The notes below the pieces were generated by a model. It did not search any database. It was not told the DNA's origin and saw only the letters and a list, made by a program, of their open reading frames with translations. Positions 46,901 through 54,768 of a stretch of DNA of 64,000 nt are shown piece after piece (the stretch's first letter is position 1; each line of letters begins with the position of its first letter). This stretch comes from Candidatus Poseidoniaceae archaeon (GTDB lineage: Archaea > Thermoplasmatota > Poseidoniia > Poseidoniales > Poseidoniaceae): assembly GCA_938075675.1 (NCBI GenBank), contig CALJHE010000003.1, positions 51,738 to 115,737 of the forward strand, in the 5' to 3' direction. Position numbers and translations under genes: made by a program.

Positions 46901-48369
46901 ATTTCCGCATCTGGGCATCTGACAGTGATTTCTGCAACACGAAATCCAGCTGGGCTGATTGTGAACACGAAACTCGAACCATCAACATCAATACCGATAA
47001 CGCAATTCCTTTCGTTCAACTTAGTGAACCACTGAACTCTGACATTCTTCGAGCCAGTGACACTCAACTTATCCAGGGTGTCGCATTGGATAACGATGGG
47101 CTGGTGACTCGTGTCGAGATTTCAATCTTTGACCTAGCAAGCGGTACCACTGTAAACAACGGTCCGAATCCTGTGACAAACTTTGCTCCGAACGGTGCAT
47201 GGTACACAACTTGGGACACATCCGACCTTATCCATGACCAACAATATGAACTGGTCATCAAAGCATGGGACGGAAAGGACTTTTCGAATGAGGAGCGAAT
47301 CCGTATCACAATCGACAATCCAAGTGACGCAAACAATCTCGTTCCTGAATTCAACTCAACGGGTTGGTCGAGTACCATCACTCTGTTCTGTGACTCAAAC
47401 CCGACCAAACTCGACCGTTGCAACGGTGGAATCAGCGTCGACTTGATGGATTACTTTTCGGATCCTGATGGTGTCGAAGATGGTAAAACCGATGGGTTGA
47501 ACTTCGACATCTTTGACGATCCGACCAACTTGGATGATGATTTCTACGGTGATTACCTTACACTTTCCGATAAGGGAGTTGTCAGTTATAACCCCGCATT
47601 CGTCACTGGTCTCTCCAACGATGTTTCCGAATGGTCTCTCGTAGGGCTTATGTTTGTTGCTCGTGACGCATACGATTCAGTTGCCTACTCCTACAAGGTC
47701 AACGTCGTAGTCGTCGAAGTCTCATTCAGTGTCGTTCGTGACAACTCTGGACCTCTTGGGCCTGACTCTCCTGCATATTTCAGCGGCCAAGGTTTGCCGA
47801 ACAGTCTGGTTGAGGCTCGTTTCGACAGTCTCAAGGGCGTTCGTATTAACCAAACCCGCGTCAATGCAGATGCAACATGGACAATGGAAATTTCAAGCAG
47901 TCAACTTTCGGGCATGGAAGGGACAAGCAACATTATCTTCGAGATGGATGACCAAGTCTATTCAGTCCCTGGCGAGAACACAAACGCTCTCTTCCAACTC
48001 AGTGTTGGTGATGGTTCGGAATCCAATTCGAACGTTTGGATGATTGTCGGTGCTGTATTCGGAATCATTGTACTGTTAGGTGCTGGTATGTTCTTCTTCC
48101 AAGTCGAGTATGATGACATGGATGAACTTACTGAAATGGCACAAGCTGAACAAGAGGCTGCAACAGCAGACCCTTACGCATGGGCTAAGGCTCGACAAGA
48201 GCCAGTGGGCATTCCTGCTGCCGCCGTTGCAACGACTCCGGTCGCTGCTCAAACTGTGGCTGCTGCTGTTCAACCTGCAGCCCCACAGGCATCTCAACAT
48301 CCAGGATGGATTTGGGACTCGGAGTCCAACAACTGGGTTCCTGATCCAAACTACACTCCCGACCAGTGA
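43972..48369 (+). CDS. secreted right-handed beta-helix (PbH1-repeat) surface protein, tail-anchored
   Basis: Signal peptide. Parallel beta-helix repeats (NNTIQDTAKEAVLIGE, NNQISNNTGIC, DNTVTNNGGDGMRI; about 44700-45450). Downstream Ig-like regions. TM helix VWMIVGAVFGIIVLLGAGMFFF. About 100-aa Ala/Pro-rich cytoplasmic tail. Confidence 0.6.
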   Translation: MSILKNTTSHKSISLVALLLLSTLTGLIAIPTASAVNETKSGIITGTETWTGTMNLNGDVVVAEGAKLVVNAGTVINIPYGYYIDVEGAICIGDSACGASSGSSGNQARFIWSTPTDYTIQGRCYSNSTSNPNYNSDTACGSGMIIRSTIDQAITSLKYAHFENAYGHPFETNQVSGMQYGALVFDGSTTSAQGLSFDNINTSNVMAIDLAAPSISDSTFTLGVDGNGYDAAAVRAYGAGAGILATMEVSNSVFTGDTAAECGNDGRSLIYVESSYVDFSNLEIKDNSYGFFMKESSGSITDSDVNVKCSGIDTNSHKVTGTINHTLVINDNTITTADGSGITAYDGAIVVAERNIISGAASGSGFGIRSSTVTANNNVIGPIGGWNGLWIYGTSDVVAENNTIQDTAKEAVLIGEYHYLDQGWNVPTPTAARLYLANNQISNNTGICNSQMYGGDFQCPAIHMFMSSATLYDNTVTNNGGDGMRIKASIVNAQRNTIEVSGFAANISLFDDNYGNKYGSIAYFSENTYTNATQVYNITESRVTVQSEFIPDAGGNEIYPVQMSWLGPECPYVLDECLQVPPTSIMPPAFMPLALEVVENSTVFSYANLQNFDSSKIHVQNQNSAWGSQVREGELVRYQVKAQNSNVVDATVIIRDASGLPLYTLTTDAFGFTPEVSLPSDFLLDRNWNHNVGETNVQIPGVLDSEGNPVFIDENSCADGYDNDGDTKVDSEDGDCTGGRELPFYTVEAYKFGKGQKDFNFVLSGAIDDVINLVNLKPSVTVTQNDGYSFATTATLTGGAWDGISGPYALDQIAYDSQFGVVKRVEIQPPGSTDWYNAVDTSGANGMVTKSTHPFKTWSFEWDLSAHPEGEGDVTFRVRSYDGLDYSPVEVRKYKLNLVAPTTLVNSPADGSSHTNGKVTFTGTSSDPYSGTWGSDIKSIWFDINGPNGYTANFDVSGSTAWAYDWIFQELQTGQYDFRIWASDSDFCNTKSSWADCEHETRTININTDNAIPFVQLSEPLNSDILRASDTQLIQGVALDNDGLVTRVEISIFDLASGTTVNNGPNPVTNFAPNGAWYTTWDTSDLIHDQQYELVIKAWDGKDFSNEERIRITIDNPSDANNLVPEFNSTGWSSTITLFCDSNPTKLDRCNGGISVDLMDYFSDPDGVEDGKTDGLNFDIFDDPTNLDDDFYGDYLTLSDKGVVSYNPAFVTGLSNDVSEWSLVGLMFVARDAYDSVAYSYKVNVVVVEVSFSVVRDNSGPLGPDSPAYFSGQGLPNSLVEARFDSLKGVRINQTRVNADATWTMEISSSQLSGMEGTSNIIFEMDDQVYSVPGENTNALFQLSVGDGSESNSNVWMIVGAVFGIIVLLGAGMFFFQVEYDDMDELTEMAQAEQEAATADPYAWAKARQEPVGIPAAAVATTPVAAQTVAAAVQPAAPQASQHPGWIWDSESNNWVPDPNYTPDQ

Positions 48370-48428
48370 AGCATCTTCTGCTCACAGGAGCGGAAGTGTT
48401 GAAGAGTAGAAAAACGCGAGGTGAGAAT

Positions 48429-50954
48429 ATGTCTGTTCAACCAAAGCCAGGTGTGCAAGAAAGAATACTTCTGCACCTTCTTGATTATTCAGATTTTAAG
48501 AACAGTGTCGAAGTTCCTTTTGCTCTCTCCCAAATGGGGATTGCTAACGCAGTAGCGATTGCTCGATCGAACGTGCCTCGGGCAATTGCTGGACTCAAAG
48601 ACCAAGGTTTGCTTATCGAACGCCAAGCACACGTCACCGGCGTTTCTCGTAAGCGTAAAGCGTACTTTCTCACAGACCCAGGCATGAATGTCTCAGAAGA
48701 CACCTGGGAAAGGCTTCGTCATTTCCAACTTCGCAGTATAATGGACGATGGAGCGATTATCAATTCCACTCTTGGGGAAATCAACGACCATCTGGAATTT
48801 TCTATGCGGCCGGTGGACATTATTCGTTACATGGATGACAACTGCGTTTTGGATACTCGGATTCTCTCAGCAGACTTGGTGGAGCGTGACTTATCCAAAC
48901 ATGTGGAAAAGCAGTTGGTGACCGCGCTTGGAGATTTACCTCGATTACGGCACTTTTACGGTAGGGAAAAAGAACTCGACAATATGGCGAATTTGATTGA
49001 CGCCCGAGCTACAACACTGCTTATCCCGGGTATTGCAGGTATTGGAAAAACGACAATCGCTTCCAAGTTGATTGAGCGGTTTATGCATCGCCGGAATCTG
49101 TTGTATCACAGATGCCAGGATTGGGAAGGTTCTCGCTCGTTCTTCGAGTCGATTGCGGATTGGTTGGCTAACATAGGTGACTCAACCTTTGCAGATTACC
49201 TTGCTGCCACACCGGTACCACAACCTGCTGACGCTGCACGTCTCTTGGTTGACTCACTCGAGGGGACTCCAAGCTTGATTGTCATCGATGATTTCCACAA
49301 AGTTGCAGACACAACCCTCCACCAGACTTTCCAAGCCATGTCATTGGCTCTGCTTGGTAGTGAAGAGGAAATTGGTCTCGTGATATTCTCCCGTTCGTTC
49401 AAGCCCGTTGTCCCAACGAAGGATGCTGAAGGGCGTATTGCGAGTTTGGTTTTACCTCTCGATGGTCTTGATTCAGATGCTGGCCGTCAATTACTCACGA
49501 GTTTTGATAACCTGGGTGATGAGCAATGGCTTCACATTCACGGCTTATCGCGTGGCCATCCACTCGTTCTTGAGTTGATTAATCGGGGCGCTTCTGCAGG
49601 CGCTTTCCACGAAACCTTGGAAAATTACGTCACCGTGGAAATCTTCTCAAAGTTGAGCGCAGAGCAGAAACGAGTTTTGTCTGCTCTGGCAATTTATCGA
49701 GAACCAGTGATTCTGTCTGCACTTGCAGAACAAGGACTTGACACCGACGAACTTGATTCTCTTGTTGAACAAGGATTAGCCCGTCAGGGTGATGTTGATT
49801 TTTACGATGTTCACGATTTAATACGAGAGTTCTTGGTTCGTAGTCTCGATGAAAGTACTAAACAAGAATTCCATGCGAAGTGCTGCAACTGGTATGAAAA
49901 GCAGACTTCTGCACCTGCAATTTTGATTGAGCACATTTACCACCTCATCCGTTCCGGAAAGGGAGAAGAGGCGGCGGTTCTCATTGCAGAGCAAGGCCGT
50001 AATTTGATTGCGCAAGGTCACATGGAACTTCTTGGTTTGATGGAAGGCTTGACTATGGAAGACCTTGATAATCCTATACGCATGCGTGTACGTCAATTAC
50101 ACGGTGAATTGTTGGTTCTTCTTGGGCGGTTTTCAGAAGCAGAGACCGTTTTTGTATCCATCTCTCAACTGGACCCTCAATCGAAAGCGGTTCGGTTGAA
50201 TGCTGAAGTTCACTCCGCTCTCGCTGATCTTGCGCTCAAGCAGGGTGATGCAGACAAAGCACTTGCCATGCACCGGGAAGCATTGGAGAAGTTCATTGAA
50301 TGTGGAGATGCAAAAGGAGCAGCCCGATCATACAGCAACATGGGATACCTACTGCGCCGTAAAAATGATGTCTCGAAGGCTCTTGAAGCGTATGGGGAAG
50401 TTGAGAAAATCCTCAGTGAATCAGATGGAGTCGAACTGATCGGAACCCAACTGACCCTTGCTCGTGCTTTCCTTGAATTGAATGAGATTGACCGAGCACG
50501 AGACCATGCGCTCCAAGCCTTTGAAGTTTCAGACGATGGAAGTGATGTACTGCTTCATGCACGTGCACAAGCCGTACTTGGTCGATACTACGCAAAGGTT
50601 GGTGATGCAGATGTTGCTTCACACCACTACACTACGGCCCTGGAGACGATGAGCGTTGCAGGAGATTTGCTTTCACTGGTGGAAATTACTATTCTTCTTG
50701 GAGAAGTCCTACAAGATGCAGGGCGAGCAGAAGATGCGATGGAGCACTATCGTGAGGCCCTTGTTATTGCCGAGGCTAACGATCTGCGTATGCAAATTGG
50801 AGAACTACTTTCCCGTCTTGGTGGTGTTGCCCCTGATAAGCGTCGAAGAATGGAATATTTGCAAAGAGCCCTTGCGGTATTCCGCGAACTTGGTGCAAAG
50901 TCAAGGATGCGTGATGTCCAAGCCCAAGTCCATGCAGCAGTCATGGGTCGCTGA
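48429..50954 (+). CDS. STAND NTPase regulator: N-terminal winged HTH + NB-ARC-type ATPase + C-terminal TPR repeats
   Basis: wHTH (ERILLHLLDY...VPRAIAGLKDQGLL). Walker A GIAGIGKTT at about 49027-49055. Walker B LIVIDDFH. GHPLVLEL (GxP) motif. At least 8 TPR-like repeats. ATG at 48429 avoids overlap with the upstream gene. Confidence 0.6.
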   Translation: MSVQPKPGVQERILLHLLDYSDFKNSVEVPFALSQMGIANAVAIARSNVPRAIAGLKDQGLLIERQAHVTGVSRKRKAYFLTDPGMNVSEDTWERLRHFQLRSIMDDGAIINSTLGEINDHLEFSMRPVDIIRYMDDNCVLDTRILSADLVERDLSKHVEKQLVTALGDLPRLRHFYGREKELDNMANLIDARATTLLIPGIAGIGKTTIASKLIERFMHRRNLLYHRCQDWEGSRSFFESIADWLANIGDSTFADYLAATPVPQPADAARLLVDSLEGTPSLIVIDDFHKVADTTLHQTFQAMSLALLGSEEEIGLVIFSRSFKPVVPTKDAEGRIASLVLPLDGLDSDAGRQLLTSFDNLGDEQWLHIHGLSRGHPLVLELINRGASAGAFHETLENYVTVEIFSKLSAEQKRVLSALAIYREPVILSALAEQGLDTDELDSLVEQGLARQGDVDFYDVHDLIREFLVRSLDESTKQEFHAKCCNWYEKQTSAPAILIEHIYHLIRSGKGEEAAVLIAEQGRNLIAQGHMELLGLMEGLTMEDLDNPIRMRVRQLHGELLVLLGRFSEAETVFVSISQLDPQSKAVRLNAEVHSALADLALKQGDADKALAMHREALEKFIECGDAKGAARSYSNMGYLLRRKNDVSKALEAYGEVEKILSESDGVELIGTQLTLARAFLELNEIDRARDHALQAFEVSDDGSDVLLHARAQAVLGRYYAKVGDADVASHHYTTALETMSVAGDLLSLVEITILLGEVLQDAGRAEDAMEHYREALVIAEANDLRMQIGELLSRLGGVAPDKRRRMEYLQRALAVFRELGAKSRMRDVQAQVHAAVMGR

Positions 50955-50955
50955 A

Positions 50956-51432
50956 TTATTCGTACGATTGCGGTCGGTCGTACTGCAATGATGTGACGCC
51001 GTCTGAGTGAACAACCCAAACCGAAGTTACTCCCGCCAATACGATGGTTCCTTCGTGGGATCCCGCACCTGTTCCTGATAGGGACACACTGGTGTCAAGT
51101 GTCCCTCCGTCGTGAATCAGTTCAATCGAGGTGTCGGTGAGTTGCAAAGTAATTCTTGCTTCATCCGCCTCGGTTAATCTCCATGTTACCTTTTCGGCGT
51201 ACTCGACTGCACCCATGCGGCTTGCTTCGTCAGCCCGTTCGACTGCCGCTGCCAAATCATCAAGATTTGATTGAATTGCATTTTCGTTCCACCGTTCTCG
51301 GGTTGCAGTTTCTATTTGGTATGCCCAAATACTGAATGTTGTAAGCAACAGCACTCCGAGTAGGAACGTGAATATGTAGCCAAGTTCAGTTGCTGCAGCA
51401 TGCTCATCTCTGCGAAGTTGATTTCTGTTCAT
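50956..51432 (-). CDS. small protein with archaeal class-III (pilin-like) N-terminus
   Basis: ATG at 51432 overlaps the stop of the upstream gene (ATGA). N-terminus MNRNQLRRDEHAAATELGYIFTFLLGVLLL. Confidence 0.45.
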   Translation of the reverse strand: MNRNQLRRDEHAAATELGYIFTFLLGVLLLTTFSIWAYQIETATRERWNENAIQSNLDDLAAAVERADEASRMGAVEYAEKVTWRLTEADEARITLQLTDTSIELIHDGGTLDTSVSLSGTGAGSHEGTIVLAGVTSVWVVHSDGVTSLQYDRPQSYE

Positions 51433-53639
51433 GAGACCGCCTCCGTCATATGAGCATTGAGTGCCGCCATTTGAAGCGTAAATTGTATTGGTTCTCCATT
51501 GGTGTGCCAAACGGCTTCTGATGTGCCATACGAGGGGTCGGGAACCCATCCGACATAATCGGTGAGTAAGTCGATACGTCCTGGATAAATGGTCCAGTCT
51601 TCACTTGCTTCAAGACCGTCTGCAGATGATTCTGCAATGGCTACTCCGTACGGTTTCGACCAACCCCTTCTGACCTCGTAGGCTGTGGCTGAGGCCAAAG
51701 ATGAACGGTCAACAAGTTCAATGTCGAGATTCATTTTTCCTGCACCACTTACGCTGTCTGCAGTCGGGTGAAGCGATGGAATCGTAGCGGCAAATCGTGG
51801 CCCAGGTCCTCCACGGTCCGACGGTGAAACGACAATGTAGGGTTCAAATTCCGGATGGTTCGTGACTACAGCACCACCTGCATAGGCCACTTCCATCCCA
51901 ACGATTGAGGATTGGAACTCATAACTTAGTCTGGAAAGGTGGAAACCCCATACTGTCCCGAGTGTGGCATGACTTGATGCTCCGTTTTCGCCAATCAGAC
52001 TAATCTGCATACTTGCAGGGTGTGTTCCAGCCCTCCATGCATTCTGAAGGTCAACTTGGCTTCTTCCGCTCATTGATTGCCAAGGGAGTGCAGAACTGAT
52101 CCATCCACTTGCTTGAACATTAATCGGTAAGCAACGTTGGGCACCATCATGCATAGCTTGGAGTAAACCTTCTTGGCCTCGAATAGAATATACGCGCAAT
52201 GAATCCCCGTCGCTCACATTGATTTGGGTTATGCCTTGTTCGAGTTCAACCGTTTTGTGATTCACATTCTCGAGGAATGTGCCGTTTGCAACGGTGCTAC
52301 CGGTCATGTTCCATTCTGTGTAGTATCCAGCATGGGTCATGTGGAGTCTATGAACTCCTGATTGACTGTTGTGGAATGTGTGTAATTGTCCAGAAAGTGC
52401 TCCGGTATCATCTGCTGGTTCGACTTGCAGTCCTGAGCCGCTTGAATTCTTTCTCCATGTGACGAAGATGTCGCCGTTTGCATCTAGCATTGGCGCTCCA
52501 TCGATATCGGCAGGAGGCCATGGGAAGGATGTACTTTGGTTTGCTGCAACTGAGAGCCCACCGCCTCTCCACGTGACTGTCACGCTGTCAGTGCTGGGGT
52601 TGGAGAACACGAGTTCTCCCTCGAGTGAAGGGCTGATGAAGGAGTGGCCGAGATATTGACCATCGGTACTGGGTAACGCCATCTGGCCAGTCGTCGAGTT
52701 CGTGTTGGTTTGCAGAATCAGTCTTGATGGTGAACTGGTCGAGATGTGGACCACTTCTGGCGAGGATGTGCTCAATTGGTGATTGAAGTCAACTCCTACT
52801 CGGTTTTGGTTGGATGGTAAGGCATAGAATGTGTTCGTAGTATCGTTTTGAATCGTAATTTGGTTTGCTGTTTCACTGAGAATCTGGATTTGATTCTCAC
52901 CGGCAGGTAGAGGAATCGACCATGAGCTTCCTGTCGAATCGACAGGGTTTGGGTCGTTGGATTGCATCACTGTCGTCCCTCCACTGCCGACCGAGAGAAG
53001 TAGGTGCAATTGGTGAGAGGAGTGAATGGTTGTTTCACCAAGTTCACTCATGTCCAGAACACGCATGCCATCGACCATCAATTTCAGTTCCGACAATGTT
53101 TCGCTGCCATCCATGACTTCCACATCGATCGGTCCGAGCGGAAGGGCAAGCCCTGGAGATGCTGTAAGAAGGACCTCATCGACCCACTCGGGGATTGTGA
53201 ACATGTACGGGTTCGCAGGACCGAGTCTCAAGTCATCGATACAAACTGCTGTATTCATCGATTCAGGGTGACGTATTCGTAGTTCATCGTCGTAGTCAAG
53301 TGCGCCTTGGACACGGAACGAGGTGTCGTCGGCCCAAGTCGCCGAATACCACATACTGCTCTGCATCATGTTCCAGTTGAGCGTTCCGTCAACCGGTATC
53401 AGGCTAATCTCTGTAGAGTCGCCAGGCATTCCTGTTTCACTCAATGCAGCAGTTTGGTGTGCCAGCAGAGTCATTTGAGCCGACATGTCGTGACGTTCTA
53501 TCGAGCCTTCGAGCTCTTCGATAACAGGTATCATGGATACCATCATCATGGCGATAATCGACAGTACGCCACCGAACAGGAGTACCGTTGCGACGGCTGC
53601 TGACACCGCACTTTCATCTCGCTGGAGCATGGATTTCAT
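51429..53639 (-). CDS. large (736 aa) protein with archaeal class-III (pilin-like) N-terminus
   Basis: N-terminus MKSMLQRDESAVSAAVATVLLFGGVLSII. Start overlaps the upstream stop in ATGA. Remainder is an extracellular beta-rich domain. Confidence 0.5.
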   Translation of the reverse strand: MKSMLQRDESAVSAAVATVLLFGGVLSIIAMMMVSMIPVIEELEGSIERHDMSAQMTLLAHQTAALSETGMPGDSTEISLIPVDGTLNWNMMQSSMWYSATWADDTSFRVQGALDYDDELRIRHPESMNTAVCIDDLRLGPANPYMFTIPEWVDEVLLTASPGLALPLGPIDVEVMDGSETLSELKLMVDGMRVLDMSELGETTIHSSHQLHLLLSVGSGGTTVMQSNDPNPVDSTGSSWSIPLPAGENQIQILSETANQITIQNDTTNTFYALPSNQNRVGVDFNHQLSTSSPEVVHISTSSPSRLILQTNTNSTTGQMALPSTDGQYLGHSFISPSLEGELVFSNPSTDSVTVTWRGGGLSVAANQSTSFPWPPADIDGAPMLDANGDIFVTWRKNSSGSGLQVEPADDTGALSGQLHTFHNSQSGVHRLHMTHAGYYTEWNMTGSTVANGTFLENVNHKTVELEQGITQINVSDGDSLRVYSIRGQEGLLQAMHDGAQRCLPINVQASGWISSALPWQSMSGRSQVDLQNAWRAGTHPASMQISLIGENGASSHATLGTVWGFHLSRLSYEFQSSIVGMEVAYAGGAVVTNHPEFEPYIVVSPSDRGGPGPRFAATIPSLHPTADSVSGAGKMNLDIELVDRSSLASATAYEVRRGWSKPYGVAIAESSADGLEASEDWTIYPGRIDLLTDYVGWVPDPSYGTSEAVWHTNGEPIQFTLQMAALNAHMTEAVS

Positions 53640-54721
53640 CGTGAAACCTCCACACGCTTAACATCGACTTCGAGAATAAGTTGATTTTCTTGCGATTCGA
53701 CAGTGAATCCATCGGCACCACTTGCTCGAAGATACGGTGCGTATCCAGTAAATGTGTCCAGTGTTCCGGACGCCCTGTTCAGCGTATGTTCTTCCAGCAT
53801 CTTGTCGTGGTATTGCGGTGTGATGACATCATTAAGCGCATTTTCAACAGTGAATTGGAGGTGGTATGCATTGCCAGTAAACAGCGTCATAGGACCAAGC
53901 GAAACCATGTTCATGCCGATTTTTTCCCCTGAGCCTATTGAGCCGTTAATGATGACATCTGTGAGAACAATCGACAAACGCAACTCACCAGTAACCAGCG
54001 TGTCGAGTTCGATGTTGGGGAATTGGGATACCTTCCAAGGTTCATTCGGGAATCTTTCAGCTCGAGCGTCATTCACCAAAGCAATTTCATGTTCCCCTAG
54101 TCCGAGTGAGGTTGAAATTTGAATGCCGGATACGATGTACGAAACGCTCGTGTGCAGAGCACGTTCGTCAGCGTCGAACACAGTGACAGTCATCCAGTGG
54201 TCTTGAGAGGACTGATGTTCGATCACAACTTCATTGAATGAACCACTGAATGCATGGGATTCGATACCCAGTGGGCTTTCGATTGATACGCTTCGAGCAG
54301 TTTCATTGATGGCTGTAATGCCAATTGCTGAGTTGTTGATGTTACGAACAGTAATTCGCTCATCTGGAGTTAAATCTGCAGCAATCGTCCAAGTTTCAAC
54401 TTTGATGACCGGTTGAACCATTGTCGACTTGAGTGCCAATGTATGTCGGATGCCTGTGCCTTCTGGTGCGCTTCCAGCCACATCGATTCTGTCTTCAAAA
54501 CGGTCAGCAATTCCGTTCGCACTGTTCCAGTTTGTGTTGTCTTCGAAATCAGAAATGTAGGGGCTGAGGAAAATCCACACCCCTCCCATGATTGTGACGA
54601 CCATAGCCAGCATCATCACGACCCCGAGAACCTCGCTGACAGCCCTTTGGTCTCGGCGAAGAGACGGGCGAAGTACAGAGGGGTGGTGTGCGTTCACAGA
54701 CAGCACAACCTTTGGTATCAT
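53636..54721 (-). CDS. protein with archaeal type IV pilin-like N-terminal domain (DUF1628-like)
   Basis: N-terminus ...LRRDQRAVSEVLGVVMMLAMVVTIMGGVW closely matches the archaeal pilin consensus (RAVSEVIGVILMVAITVIL). 361 aa. Confidence 0.55.
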   Translation of the reverse strand: MIPKVVLSVNAHHPSVLRPSLRRDQRAVSEVLGVVMMLAMVVTIMGGVWIFLSPYISDFEDNTNWNSANGIADRFEDRIDVAGSAPEGTGIRHTLALKSTMVQPVIKVETWTIAADLTPDERITVRNINNSAIGITAINETARSVSIESPLGIESHAFSGSFNEVVIEHQSSQDHWMTVTVFDADERALHTSVSYIVSGIQISTSLGLGEHEIALVNDARAERFPNEPWKVSQFPNIELDTLVTGELRLSIVLTDVIINGSIGSGEKIGMNMVSLGPMTLFTGNAYHLQFTVENALNDVITPQYHDKMLEEHTLNRASGTLDTFTGYAPYLRASGADGFTVESQENQLILEVDVKRVEVSR

Positions 54722-54738
54722 TTAGCCATTGACCTTGA

Positions 54739-54758
54739 CACCCCCCCGTAGGGGGGTG
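54739..54758. promoter_or_regulatory. G/C-rich hairpin CACCCCCC-CGTA-GGGGGGTG between the MBL hydrolase gene and the pilin-like operon
   Basis: Perfect 8-bp inverted repeat with a 4-nt loop, read directly from the sequence. Confidence 0.4.
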
Positions 54759-54768
54759 ATTTGGATGA

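Noticed and set aside
48429-50954. STAND NTPase as an Avs-type antiviral defence protein
   Set aside because: The N-terminal domain is a winged HTH rather than a nuclease, protease or SIR2/TIR effector. A regulator is the more parsimonious reading.
50961-50984. Imperfect hairpin (GTACGA...TCGTAC) near the convergent STAND and pilin-like gene ends
   Set aside because: Only a 6-bp stem with a 10-nt loop, and it lies inside the coding 3' end of the minus-strand gene. Too weak to call a bidirectional terminator.
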